Positions 1 through 14,300 of a DNA stretch of 64,000 nucleotides are shown piece by piece. Origin of the DNA: Octopus sinensis (Eukaryota); the NCBI RefSeq assembly GCF_006345805.1, contig NC_043011.1:21960464-22024463 (forward strand), given 5' to 3'. The notes beneath the pieces were generated by a model. It was given only the letters and a program-made list of their open reading frames with translations. It was not told the DNA's origin and did not search any database. The translations under genes and the position numbers were made by a program. Position 1 is the first letter of the stretch. Each line of letters opens with the position of its first letter.

Positions 1-235
1 CCATAATTGAGACCATTTTGCATCCGGCCATTCAAAGTAGACCTCACACATGGTTCCAGCAAAATGGGGCAACTGCTCATACTGCAAGAGAAACAATGCA
101 GTTGTTACAGCAGGGATTTAGAGAGAGAATAATCTCCCACTGTGGCAATATCAACTGGCCTTCACATTCCCCAGACTTGACTCGCCCAGATTTTTTCTTG
201 TGGGGATACCTGAAAGAGAGCGCAAATGTGTTTGC
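1..235 (+). mobile_element. Tc1/mariner transposase relic, DD41D spacing (rosa-like)
   Basis: WFQQNGATAHT..WPSHSPDLTRPDFFLWGYLK; 41 residues between catalytic positions 2 (here N) and 3. Confidence 0.8.
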
Positions 236-1197
236 CCCTAACCCACCCCTATCACTTGACAACCAGTGTTAGTTTGTTTATATTCCTATAATTTAGCAGT
301 TTGACAAAAAAGACTAATACAATAAGTACTATACTTTTTAAAAAAATAAGTGCTGGTGTCAATTTGTTTGAGTAAACCCTTTGAAGGCAGTAATCCAGCA
401 TGGCCACAATCCAGTGACTGAAACAAAAGGTAAATGGTAACTATAAACAGTAATGAAGATGGCTCAGGTATTACAATGTTGAATAAAATGATTGTTATAT
501 TTAGTTCTTTTCCTGAAACTTTTTAATCTTCTTTCATCCAGGGGCCTATAAAATCACTATCAGTGAGGTGTTTAAATCAATTTAATCACGTTTATAATTT
601 TCCTACAAGATTTAAAAGTAAATCAATATGAATAACAATAGTCTTTAAAATCAGCACAGGGAAAGCAATCAACTAAATACTGCAAAACATTTTTCCCACT
701 GCTTCACCAATAATGTCATTCAATAATAATGATTTCTGACATTAGCGCAAAGCCAGAAATTTTGTGGTAAGGGTATGGATATAGTTGATTATATCATTCC
801 TAGTGTTTGACACATTTTATTTAATCAACTCCCTGAAGGATGACGGTCAATGTTGATCTCCAGAATTTAAGGTTAGTAATAATAAATACTGCAAGGCATT
901 TTGTCCAACAGCCTACTGGTTCTGACATTCTACTCTTCTAATAACAATGGAGATAATTGTTAATCCAAATTGACCAAATTTGATCAAGACATTTGAGATA
1001 TTTTTTTTATGAGAATTATTTATGGCATATCAATGCACTCTCTTCTGCCACATAAGAGAACGTGAATTTCATATCCAAAGCAAAAGAAAAAAAGAAAAAT
1101 GCATGAATTATTTAGCATTCTTGCTCATTAGAGTTGTGACCTGTGTGCATGGTACTTATTTATAGGTTATTTGACTGAGTGAGCAAATCAAGTATCT

Positions 1198-1431
1198 TAA
1201 CCCTTTCATTACCCTGTTTCTGTTAAAATACAGTGCTTTTGTTTCAGTTAATTTTGAAAATAATGAATTTGATAAAATTATTTTATCATTATTAAGCTGA
1301 TGTTTGGTACATAAATTAACATGAACTTTTGAGGGCAGATTCTTAAGTTAGATCACTGTAAACCAGGAAGTTTATATGTTTATATCATAGAACCAAGGAC
1401 AGTCACAGGCAGTATGGTATCAAAAGGGTTA
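1198..1431. mobile_element. piggyBac-type MITE, family 1
   Basis: TTAA-CCCTTTCATTACC ... GGTATCAAAAGGG-TTAG terminal inverted repeats. Confidence 0.75.
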
Positions 1432-1565
1432 GTACTTAACACAAAACAAGAAATACAGTGTTAGTTTTGTTTTTATCTTTAAATGTTACAGTTTTCATTT
1501 GAGTATGAAGTTTATTTTATAATTTATAATGTTTGTCTAAAAATATTACATTTCTTAATTCTCAG

Positions 1566-1667
1566 CCATCAAATATGACGAGAAAAAGGAAGAGGCTTTC
1601 CTGCAAGATCAGAAACAGAAAAAACTCAAAGCTGTCGAAGAAGCAAAGAAATTGGAAGCAGAAAAAG
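1566..1667 (+). CDS. VPS13: VPS13 exon 1 of window ([33 protein letters not shown])
   Basis: ttctcag| acceptor, |gtcagc donor, phase 1/1; resembles VPS13A IKYDPLKEEKQL..KRIEEAK. Confidence 0.93.
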
Positions 1668-4600
1668 GTCAGCAGCAAATATTGTTACTAGAATTTCAAA
1701 AGAAGAAAAGTTTTTCCCAAAGTGCACATCATTAGTCTGCAGCATGATGAAAATTTGTAAATAATTATTAGGCTATCCAACTCACAGACTGTTTGTTTGT
1801 TTGATTCTCTCATTCATTCACTCACTCAATCACTGTCTATTTCATTTACTTTCTGTCTGTAATTCACTGTTTGTTTGCCTCATTCAGTGTCTGTCTACTT
1901 TTCTCACTTGCTTACTGTCTGTTTATCTCACTCACTCATTGTCAGCCTGACTGCTTCATTCATTGTCAGCCTGACTGCCTCACTCATTGTCTGTCTGGCT
2001 GCCCTCACTCATTGTCTGTCTTCCTGCCTCACTCATTGTCTGTCTGTCTGCCTCACTCATTGTCTGTCTGTCTGCCTCACTCATTGTCTGTCTGTCTGCC
2101 TCACTCATTGTCTGTCTGCCTGCTTCACTCATTGTCTGTCTGTCTGCCTCACTCATTGTCTGTCTGTCTGCCTCACTCATTGTCTATCTGTCTGCCTCAC
2201 TCATTGTCTGTCTGTCTGCCTCATTGTCTGTCTGCTTCACTCATTGTCTGTCCCATTGCCTCACCCATTGTCTGTCTCACTGCCTCACCCATTGTCTGTC
2301 TCACTGCCTCACCCATTGTCTGTCTCACTGCCTCACCCATTGTCTGTTTGCCTGCCTCACTCATTGTCTGTCTGCCTGCTTCACTCATTCTTTTATTATA
2401 GTTTAAATATATTATCATTATAAAATAAAACATTCAAAGTTAAAAATTGTTGTTAAATTTTGATTTTGTTTTTTTAATAAAAAGGCTCTTGAAGTTTGAA
2501 ATTTTATATATCTTTTTATAAAATGCAAGAAGAGTTTATGAAATTTCTTTAAAAGCTTTTTTTTTTCTAGCTAAATGATTAAGTAGAAGTAAAAGTCTGT
2601 CATGTTCTTTATGGGTTACCCTATTCAAAAGTGAACTGAAAATTTTTTACTGAACCATTAAATATAAATGTGAAGAAATGCTATCAGTATGGAGAAAGGA
2701 ATTCATAAAAATATTGAATGATTCTAATATCAGTTGCAAATTGCCAGAATATTTTAAAACTCTACTTAAAGTGTTCTAGATTGGGCTTAAAAATAATGCA
2801 GTCTGAATTGTTTCTCCTTTATTTATTTGCTGGTTTTCAGACAATCCCAAAGAAGAGAAGCAAGATTCTTTTGTTGAAAAATTGGCAGCTAGAATTATAA
2901 AAAATCTCCAAGTTCAAATTAGCAATATCCATGTACGTTATGAAGACAAATATACCAATCCAGCTCATCCATTTGCTATTGGATTTACTCTTGAAGATCT
3001 AATCTTTCAGGTTTGGAATTTACTTCATAATTTGCATCTTGCTTTAAATCTGGTTTCTTGTATTTCAGTACTGACTCATGAATCTTCCTATAACCCCATG
3101 TCCCAATCCATAAATGATATTTTTGTTATATTTTGTAATGCTGTTATGTATTAAGTATCAGACTTATATCACAAATCTATGACCTAATATGCACTAATAG
3201 GCTATTCTGTTGTTGCCAATAATATAACACTATACATGTCGTCTCCTTTACAAGGTCTTTCTTGAATATATTGATAACTTTGCTTTTATTCCATTTAACA
3301 AGTTAACAAAGATTTTAACCACAGAAAACCACATAGTGGCAACATATAGGCTTTACTTTCAACTACAGCTAATAGGTCAATGGAACACCATTAGTACATC
3401 TGCATAGTTTTGGTAGTTTAGAAGACACATCTGTGTAGGAAATAGACATACAAAAAAGTCTGTTTTATATCAAATGTCTTCTTCAAAATTGGGAACATAT
3501 TCCATCAGAATTGAGTGTCCTACCAAGAGGTGCAACAAAATGCAGGTCTTTGTTTAAAGTTGTGCTATTTGAACTGGGAGTTCAAAGCTGTATTTCTTCA
3601 GTTTCATTTTCATGTGTTATACTATGCAAACTAGAAAATCATTTTGATAATCAGAATACCATACCAAATGGTATTCTGATTACCAGTGAAGAGCTGCTGG
3701 ATAAATGGAATATGATTTTACCAGTCAAAAAGTATTTTCATTAAATAATGTCTATATTATATTAAAATGAGACTTTTTCAGAATATTTTTCTCTATGTTT
3801 CCACTTACCACAGACCACAGATAAAGATTGGAATCCATGTGTTATAAAAGAAGCAGTCACACAAATTTATAAGGTTAGTGAAATTTTCTATTATCACACT
3901 TTGTTGTAAGAATGCAACAGATATTTTCTCTAACACTGAGAAAGGGAAAAAAATATTGGATAAATGCTTTGTTCACTTGACTGCAGCATAAAAAAAAAAT
4001 CTGACGTAACACTACATATTCTGAGTAACACAACAAATATCTTATTAAAATAGGCAGATAATGTCTTTTCCTTGTTCAATATTGGTGGGTAGTATTTTTG
4101 TGTGGTGTCTGTATGTGTTTTGATTTTTGTTTTATTTGTTTCTTTCACATTATTTGTATAATGGATTATTTTTTTGCTGAACATTTATGACTATTCATTA
4201 AAAGTATTTTCCTTTTATATTGTTTAAGCAATATACTTTGCATTGGACCAGAAATTATTTTATCAAGTAAGAAGTGGTATTGTGTCTAGACTATATATAA
4301 TATTGGTGATGAACCCAAATTTAGTTACTGGAACTTCTATGGCAAATTAAAAGAAGAGAGTCGAGTTAAATTTTAAACTGCCTAAAAACTTTCTAAGCAT
4401 TACTAATTTTAGAACCCCACCCTTTTTTTTTTTAGTTAAATGTGATATTCAGTGGTATATTATAAAGTTCATATTGTAATATAGCATATGTATATTCTTC
4501 ACCTGCATACCAGTACATCAGGCTAGTTCCATACAAATTAAACCATGTTCCAAACAACATTCGTTTTACTCTCAAGAAAACATATTTACCTCATTACAGC

Positions 4601-7600
4601 TACCTAAATAAAACTATAAATATTTCACTGATTACATTAGCAAATACATAAAACTGTTTATGTTTATGTATCTGATTTTATAGACATACTCTAATCATTA
4701 CTTGAAGTAAAAACAACTTTTTAAAAATATTTTCAGGAATTTAATTTCTATCTAAAACATCTTGGAGTGAATGTATTAGATAATAAATGCATGCCTGGTT
4801 TATAAAAAAAGAAAAAAATTGAAGACTGAAACCTGGAATATTATGTCTTTAAATAACTTCCAATCAATAATTTCTTCAATATATAATGATGAGATTGGGA
4901 GATGCCCCCACCATCTTCACCCTCTGTACAATGTTTCTTATGAATTTCAGATTTTTACATTTCATTCTTGCAATGAAATATCTTTTATCATATCCTTTAT
5001 CTTTTCCCTTCTGATTTTTACTTTCTATTACATATACTCTTTCTAGTTTCACTTTGTATAATTTCTGTCTATGCATCATGGGACCTGCATATCTCTGTTT
5101 TGTTATATTATGACAATACTGAATTTCATTTCTGTGTAAGCAGCAAATTTAGTGAATTCAGAAATTCCTTTAACATCAGTTATAGAGATACTGTATATAC
5201 TCATAGATAAGATACAATTTCTTTTTTTTTTTTACTTAAAAGCTGCAAAAACACTGCATAAGGTTTATCTACTGAACTTCACTCTGAGCTTGAAATTTGT
5301 AGCAAACCCTGGCAAATGAGTTGATATATTGACATACTGTTGGCCATATAGCTATGAAAGCTTTATGAATATTGGTGTTGCTAACAAATATATGTTGATG
5401 TCATACACAAAACATGCATGACTACTTAAGCAGAATTTGATTCTGCTGAAAGGAAAAACAAACTTGTGATGATTTGTTATATCATTCATATCTGTTCAAA
5501 CTTGTTGGCAAAAGTGTTAAAAAAATCAATTGTATTTCTGATAGAAAAAAGGTAACAAAAACTAAAGAAGCATTCAAGAAAACGCCAAGATGAAGATATT
5601 ATACAATACAATGTCTTCTATGAGAAATTAGAGAAGTTTTGGGTAATGTGAATTAAATGCCAGTGGACTTGTCACTTTTATGGTTATTAGAACAAAAAGT
5701 TATCAATGGATACAAGTATATATATTATTATTTCCACAGTTCAATTTGGGAGTGTATGAAATTCATGTGTAGAAAAGAGCTAGAATCACATCAGTGAACT
5801 CTCATTGCAAAAATATTACCAAGGCACAAACGTTGCTGTGTGGTTAAGAAGCTCACTTTGCAACTGCATGGTTTTAGGTTCAGTCCCACTTCATGGCACC
5901 TTAGTCTTCTACTATAGTGCCAAGCTGACCAATGTCTTGTGAGTGAATTCAGTAGACAGAAACTTTATAGAAGCCCTTTGTTTATATATGTGTTAGATTG
6001 ACAATTTATGAGTGAAGGCACATAGCTCAGCGGTTAGAGCATCAGGCTCACAATCATGAGGTAGTGAATTCAACTCCCAGACCGGGCTGTGTGTTGTGCT
6101 CTTGAGTAAGACACTTTATTTCACGTTGCTCCAGTTCATTCAGCTGTATAAATGAGTTGGGACATCACTGGTACCAAGCTGTATCGGCCTTGGATAACAT
6201 TGGTGGTGTGAAGAAGGGAGGCTGGTATGCATGTGCGACTGCTGGTCTTCCATAAACAACTTTACCCAGACTTGTGCCTCGGAGGGGAACTTTCTAGGTG
6301 CAATCCTATGGTCATTCATGACCAAAGGAGGTCTTTACCCTAATAATCTATGGGATTAAATTTATTTTTTTCATACTAAATCATTCAACATAAAATGATG
6401 AGGATTATATAATGTGCACAGTATTACCTATAATTTTGTTACTGTGTATCATATTCAAAATGCACTGTGTATATACCCAATATTAAATGCGAGTGTGTAA
6501 TATTGGTTCCAAATTTTGTTACAAGGCCAGCAAGTTCAAGGGATTGGGTATGATATGCTAAGCAATTTTGCCCGGTGTGCTAATGATTCTGCCAGATCAC
6601 TACTTTGCATGTGTGTAACATTAACCCTACCATTGCTCAACTCAGACAATTGGCTAACATCGATAGCTTTCCTGTGTATTTGTATACTCACAAACACTAA
6701 CATATGTCTTATGTACAACTAAAACAAATAAGGCTGAAATTAAAATATTATAAACACAAAGGGACTATGACTTGTATATGAGTATATACAATAATATATG
6801 GAGACATTAAATGTGGATCCTTTTAAAGATAAAAAAATTATGATTAATTGGCTACAATATTATACCTTTTGAAAATGGTGCTTTCTGAAGCATTACCTGG
6901 AAGAATGTTGGATTGTAGTATACTCTAAGAACATGTGAGGATGTCTAGGTTAATTTATGTAAATAAACTTTGGTGTCATACCATGGTTTTTCCCTATGAA
7001 ATTGTTTCAGAGACCAAGGATGTAAGAACTGATATGGTTTTATAGGAATGGAATAGATAAGAAATGTTAGGCTAGATGTTACTGATTTTCCTTGAATTTC
7101 TATAAGCTTGCTGCAAAGAAAAGAAATCTTTTTAGTTACTAAGTTTTGAAGTGAGTGACATTTTAAAAAACAGACTCTTTCTTTTTTTTCTCTCTTTTTT
7201 TTAATAAGATATTGAAATATAGTTGAATTGGTGTATATTTCCAAAAGTTGTTTCAAATGACAGTGTGGAATTATTTCTTCAATTCTTGACAGCTCTGCTT
7301 AGCATTTTCAAAATCTACTCAGAGAACTAAGTATTTGTGGCTCTCATGGTTCTTCTTCTTCAACTCTGTTTAAGCTGAGACGAATCGCTGATTAATTCAA
7401 ACTACCAAATCATATTTCCTTCATGTTTATTCTTCAAAGCATTTCTCCATCAAAAGTCATCATTCATCTTTCCATTTTCTATTTCCCATACAATTGGCTA
7501 CAAAGTCAAACTATTTTCGTACCACATGAGAATATTACTATTTAGACATTTTGTACACTTCTTCTCTGGAGTCTAATTCCCTTGTTGCAACATGAAAAAA

Positions 7601-10600
7601 AAAATGAAGAAAAATTAAAGTTTCATGTCTTAATCTTAATCTTCATAGCAAACCAACTCTCAGAGTATTTGTTCTAAAAAACAAATTTAGTCTGTTAGAA
7701 ATCATTTATCAAAACCACTCTGTTTTCATTATAAAAGCTTTTGTTTTGTCATTACTTCTCTATGTCTGAGATTTTAAAAAAGAAAATAAAGTATCAAATT
7801 GTATGATGGTGTAACTACTGAGTTACTGTTAATTCTTAAGTAATAGTTGTTATAAATTTGTATAAACACATGTCCATATTACAGAGTTTTTGACATTAAA
7901 ATGTTACTTGAAATTAACCAAAATGTTTGTGTAAATTAAAAAAGAAATTCAGAGTTATGTATAGTAATATGTAAACTTCAATCTAGACATATTACTAAAG
8001 GCATTTCAATATGCCATGATTAAAAAAAATCCCCAAAGAATTAAAATATATTGAAATCTCTGAGTTATATATTAGGGTTTTAAGTTTATCATAAACCTTA
8101 TGATGGTTTGCATGTAAGATCACTATCTAACAGAAGTCTACTAATCTCCTAAGTGTGGCTAGATAAAGTAATTATAAACCTATTTTGTCAATATTTTGAC
8201 ACCTTAATGCATTGTTTAGGGTGTATTATTTTTCATTGTATCTTCCTTTCATAAAATGTCATTGTAACTCTAAATAGAATTTTCCCATATTTAATGATCT
8301 TTTAAGTCATCGTAGAAAATAATGTTTTAACATGGGTTTCATCACAACCACTTACAACTTCATTTTTATTTTATTTGATTTTATTTTTCTTGCTAATGAG
8401 GAAAATGAATATAATGTAAGAAATTAAAGCTGAAATGTTTGTACATTTTCTCAAATTACTTATGAATATTATTGAATGAAGAAATTACTTTATCCTTGGC
8501 TGTATCCTATTTTGGTACTTAATTTGACACTCAATTGTTACTTCTCATGTAATGTTTTGAATTAACATTTTAAAAAATTATTTTTTACTTTCCATTTATA
8601 GAAACAAAACTGGATATTTATTTTCTTTATTGTGTTAGATTTTCTTCTGTTAGTTTCTGCACCCCAAACTGATTTGGGATTTCAGTTCTGTTTAAGTTTT
8701 CTACAGTTTACTCATTTTGTTCCCTTCAGATTCTGTTATTTCTCACCCTTTTTCTGTAGATTTAGTATACAACTTTAAAAAAAGTTTCTTTCCCCTTCTA
8801 AATTAAGATATACCCTTTCCCTCTTTTGCTACTTTTTTTTAATCACAAGACTTAGTTCCTGTATGACACCCATCAAGAATCCCTTTTATTTATCTATTTA
8901 TTTTCATCTGTTCAAATTAGTTCCAGTTTTTAAAAGTCTAAAAGAAATCTCTCTCAAAATTTCATGTATTTTAGTGTCCCATTGACCCCTCGTTTTTCGT
9001 AGAAAAGGTAAGCACGTCAGATCTCTTAGAGCATTATATTTTTTTCGACATGATTAGTAGTTAGCTTGTTTCTATTTGTGGTAGTGGTTTCACTCGTGCC
9101 TCTTTCTTTTTTGTTTTTTTTAGTTTTATTTAGACAATTTAGATGTCGTATGTGTGTGTCTTAATATATTGTCTCATTATTCAAATGTAACGACAATTTC
9201 TTTCAGAAGACAAGTGAAGAATATTGACTGTTTTGGCTGGATTATATGTGGAAAAAATATTTTGATTTAGTATAGATTTATTGGGTGTTGAAGTGGATTC
9301 CAATTTAGTGGGTGGTCAAAAGTTTAAATTTTGCTTCAGATGTTAATGGGTTATACTAACCAGTATTGGAAAAGTCATCCAGCTATAAGACTTGTGCCTA
9401 CAATTCACATAAATATGTGAATCTGTCCACTTACTCAATTCATACTGATTTAGAAAAATAGATAGAAAATGTTTCTAAAATATACCAATTGGAATTTTCA
9501 TGTTCTTTCCATCATTAATACCATTTTAAATGTACTTAAAAAGAAACTTAGTAAATATTTAGGTTATTCATTTCATTTAAGAAAATATAAAGAAAATTGG
9601 TTTTATAAAAAATTCAATGAAACAGCATACAGTTTTATGCAGTAAAGGTGCATATAATAAAAAAAAAGGGCTCAAAATCACTAGCTCCTCTGCTTAAAAA
9701 GATCTTTTTAAGATAAATGCAGTGATGCAAAGAGATTTGCTACACATTTCCTGACCTAAATGCACTTACATTCATTGCAGATCCTCTTCAGTTAAGGACT
9801 GCACAGACCAAACATAGTGATCAGAATGAAAGGAAATGAGTAAATCTCTTACCTTTCACTTCTTCATTAGAATCTAACAATAACTCCCTTCATAAATGTA
9901 TCTTTAAAGATTTTAAGGAACTTATAAAATGACTGAGATCTCTTAATAATTACTGATTGTTTTTGTTCTGTATGGAAGCCAAATCAGTCTTTAATGATTG
10001 TTTATCAATAAATGTATATATTAACACCTATCAAATTGAAATAGGAGATACAAATATTGCAGAAAATAAAATTTGTAAAACATGCAAAGATAAAAAATTG
10101 AATACTCATTTCTTTTGTTTTGTTCCTAGGCATCTATATTCACATTTAGATTGCGTGCTGGAGTTGTTCAAACAAGCTTAACTTAATTATTATCTATTTT
10201 TAATAATAAAACATTTTTATCTCTTAGCTTTCATGTACTATATAACAAATTAGATTTGTCTGACGGTTGCTCTTTCTCATTAGTATTCAATCTGTTCTCT
10301 GCCTTCTTGTGACCAGAAATTATCTAAGAATTAAACAACTATATATTTGTTCTGCTTCTGCTATTAGCAAGTCATAAGATGTATCCCTTTATAACCTGCT
10401 GTATCTCTAAATTTTTCTTCCTAATAAGTTTTTGTTTTTGATAAGCTAAATACCTTTTACAGGTCATAGCTGAGGCATATTTTTGTGGTTTACAGTTTTT
10501 TTATGTTCCCTGATGTTTTTCCTTTTTTTTTTTTTTTCAAGTTTTATTTGATAGTCTAACTTTACTTTTGATAACTAAATTATCTTGAAGACTTTTACTG

Positions 10601-11327
10601 TTTTATCATCCATTCACACATGTTCACTGCACTAGACTTCTGTTTTTCAATCAATTAAAGGATTCCTCCACTTTACTATTATTGTCTTGGAATGATCCAG
10701 CTCAGTGGATTTAGTCTTTTATTTCTTGTTCTATTCTGAAACATTGTGAATACTATAATAGTTTCAGTAGGATTCTGTTAAGTATATTTGATTGTGAGAT
10801 TTTTTTAAAATTCATTTTTCTGTTTACAATCTTTGTCTCTAGCATAGAACTTATTGGTTCCTTTCCTTTCTGGTCATTTGCACTGATACTGTGATACTGT
10901 CCTTCTCATCTTGCAAAGTATATTATGGGCATTTCTCCAGGTTATTTCTCTGATACTGGATTCTTAGTTTAATTTTGTCAGGTATTAAAATAAATGAGAA
11001 TTAGTGTTTCCTCTTGATTAGTATTAATTTTATGTTGACTGTTATTCGAAGTAATGTTTATATAAGATGAAAATATCACTAGTCATACCAAAACAAATCA
11101 TGTAATTTTATTTGTGAAACACTCTAATATGAAATTGGACTTCTCTTAGTTTCTGATGAATATCTGCTGGATTCTTCTCTAAAGTGAAATTTATACTTGT
11201 TTGTGTATAAATTGTCACATTCATCTCTTGTTTATGAGAGGAGAATCAAGTTGTAATATATCTCTCATATTATTATAAATATTCATAAAATATTTAATTA
11301 GGTTATATAGATATCATTGTGTCTGTC

Positions 11328-11363
<36 letters not shown>

Positions 11364-14300
11364 ATTCAATATGCATATGCCTCTGAATGGAATGTTAGCC
11401 GAATACAAAGTGATTATAAGAAAAGAAATTATAAAGGAATAAACAATTATTCTATGATGGTCCACCACATCTTATAGTGGAAACAGCTGTAAGCTAATGA
11501 ATTTCTCAAGATAATCATCTATTCCTTCGTCATCTCTTTTCTTATATTATTTAATATAAACAGTATTTAAATTTAAGATGCTATTAATTTCATGCTGTGA
11601 AAACACAGTAAATTGACAGGTTTGTATAGTATAACTCGTGTTTCTAAATAATTTTTCAAAAACAACCAAGCACATTATAATAATGAAATTATTGTATACA
11701 GTGCTCAGGTGCACCACAACTTATCAAAAGTGCATATAATGAATATGCAGTAATGTACAAATGTCTGGAAAGTGAACAATGCATGAGTCAGATACATGCT
11801 TGCATGTGTATGGAGAGGAGAAAATCAGGTGTACTGTTAGCAAATCTCAGGAAGCCTGGAAGTTTTAAAGGATGCAGTGCTCCAACAACTGATGCCGGCA
11901 GTTTGTTCCATGCTTCAGCAACTCTTAGCGTGAAAAAATGTTTCCGAAAGTCATGGGAGCTGTGCTGTTTTCTGACTTGGTAAACATGTCCACAAGTGTT
12001 AGACAGATGGAGTTTGAAAAGGTGCTCAGAGTTATTATTTGTAAGATGGTTAATAATTTTATTGGTGTCTACCAAGTCAGCTGCCAGAAGTCGGAGTTTC
12101 AATGTATCCATGCCCAGGGAAATAAGGCGTTCAGAATATGGCAAATGCCTGATGAAGGGTATTCTCTTGGTTGCACGTCGCTGAACGGCTTCCAGACGAT
12201 TAATATCCTGGGCAAGATAGGGGTTCCAGACTGGTGATGCAAATTCCAGGTGAGGTCGCACCATAGCTATATAAAGCTGCAGATAGATAGCCGGAGAGTA
12301 GCTCACAAAGGATTGTATAAGATTGCTTAGAAACATAAGCCATGCCATAAAAACTTGTCAGTTTACTGTTTTCACAGCATGAAAATAATAGTAGCTCAAA
12401 TTTAAATACTGTATATATTAAATGATATTTATCTCTCACTGAATAGAGTACCTTTTTTTTTTTTGTTGATTCCACTAATAAGAAATTATATATGCATATG
12501 TGTGTGTATCAATATGCACACAATTTTATCTTCAACTCCAATTTTAACTTCTGGTTTTTCAAAGATATCAGTGAATAGTTTTTTTTTATTTTAAATTTTA
12601 TGAATAAGTATTTTTTTGTTTTTTAACTTATTCATATATTTTAACTAAAAAGAGGTGGGGCAAAAAATCATCTATTGACTTCAATAGTTGATATAACTGA
12701 AGGTATTGCATACAGTTCTTACCAAATGTACTTGTGTTGTCAAGAATAAAATTTATTTCAATTCAGGATTTTTTTTTAATTAAATTTAAATTTCAGATCT
12801 CTTAGGTAAGTTTTATTTTAATTATAAAATTTAGTGTTCCCTGATTTATTGTCTGGGTTTGAATTAAATATGTTTAATGTTCTTTGTTTGCATTATTAGA
12901 AAATGTGCAGTTAATGGGGGAAATGATCAAGCGTAATCATTTTTGGAACTTGTCAACTTTTAAGTTAAAGAAAAAGGTAGTGAGTGGGCAGAATGGGTCA
13001 TGATGAACAAGATCCTTTGGGGTATTTAGTTACTTCCTTTTTACATTCTGAGTTTAAATCTGAGGTTGATAATATAAGCAGTCAAACATTAAGGTGAAAT
13101 ATAATTTCTCCAAATCTGTGGCCTTGTCACTATGTTAGAAGCCAATGAAAGAAAATTATACTTAAATAAATGAACTTGCCTAGATATTGTGATATCACAC
13201 TCTGTTACTCTAGAAGCTTACTTCCATAACAAGAGAAACTTGCTTTGCTTACCGAGCACTTTATATCATCTGATTGTTACATGAAGATTTGGATGACTTA
13301 CTATAATTTACTGATTGCTAATTCTAATAAGAGAAAATATCTATTTGAAAGGTGTTTGAAAAGTATGACTTTCATATTTATTTGAAAACTAGAGAAAAAT
13401 TGGGTTTCTTTTTTTTTTTTTTTCCTCCCTTTTTTGGATATGTATTTAGCAATAAGAAATTTTTGATAAAACTAGAAGTTGTTACAGTTTTACTCTTTAG
13501 AATTCAAGTAATCTTAAGTGATTCTTATTTATGAAGTTCAAAAAGAAAATATGATGTATATAAAATATAGAACTTCATGAACTGTGTATGAATCATTTTC
13601 AATGTTTATTTAACTCTGAAGGCAGCAAGCTGATGGAATCATTAGCATGCAGGGCAAAATACTTTGTGGTATCTCATCCGTCTTAATGTTTTGAATTCAA
13701 ATTCCACTGAGGTTGACTTGCTTTTCATCCTTTCAGGGTCCATAAAATATGTATCAGTTGTGGCTTGGGGTCGATATCATCAATTTATTCCTCCCCTAAA
13801 ATTGCTGGCCTTGTGCCAAAATTTGAAACCAGTATTTATTTAACTTTAAATTCAATTGAGTCAACCATATTGAACCAGTTAGTTTTGATATATCTTAGAA
13901 ACCATCCTACTGAAAATATATATTGAAAAAATTCCTTTCGTAAAAGATAACATGTCCTGATAGTATGGGACAAGATTGGATCTTTAAATTATAGGGGTAA
14001 TCCATGGTGCAATACTTTGGGATTGTGCCCAAGATATTTTGAGATGACATTCTGTCATTCAGCTATGTTTTGTCTAATATATGAATACCATGAATACCCA
14101 TATATATGTGTTCATGCATACATGTGCTGACATACATACATTTATGTAATCTAATAAAAGAAAACATTTATTGAAAATGTGGTCTTCTGTGAGTTATATC
14201 ATGTCTGCTCTCTACCTGGATCAAGCAAAATAAAACTATGTACTAACCAGTTTAATTACCTAACATAGAGATACCAATTGCTAGAACATCTAAAACTGTA

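Noticed and set aside
1900-2390. CRISPR-like regular repeats (also the modules at 33136-33295 and 44175-44320)
   Set aside because: There are no unique spacers and no cas genes, and the context is a eukaryotic intron
1871-2433. Overlapping 66-182 aa ORFs with 8-aa repeats
   Set aside because: These are by-products of the 24-bp minisatellite, open in several frames and on both strands
11153-11200. CTGATGA as a C/D snoRNA box or ribozyme core (also 14685-14691)
   Set aside because: No D box with terminal stem and no GAAAC partner at a suitable distance
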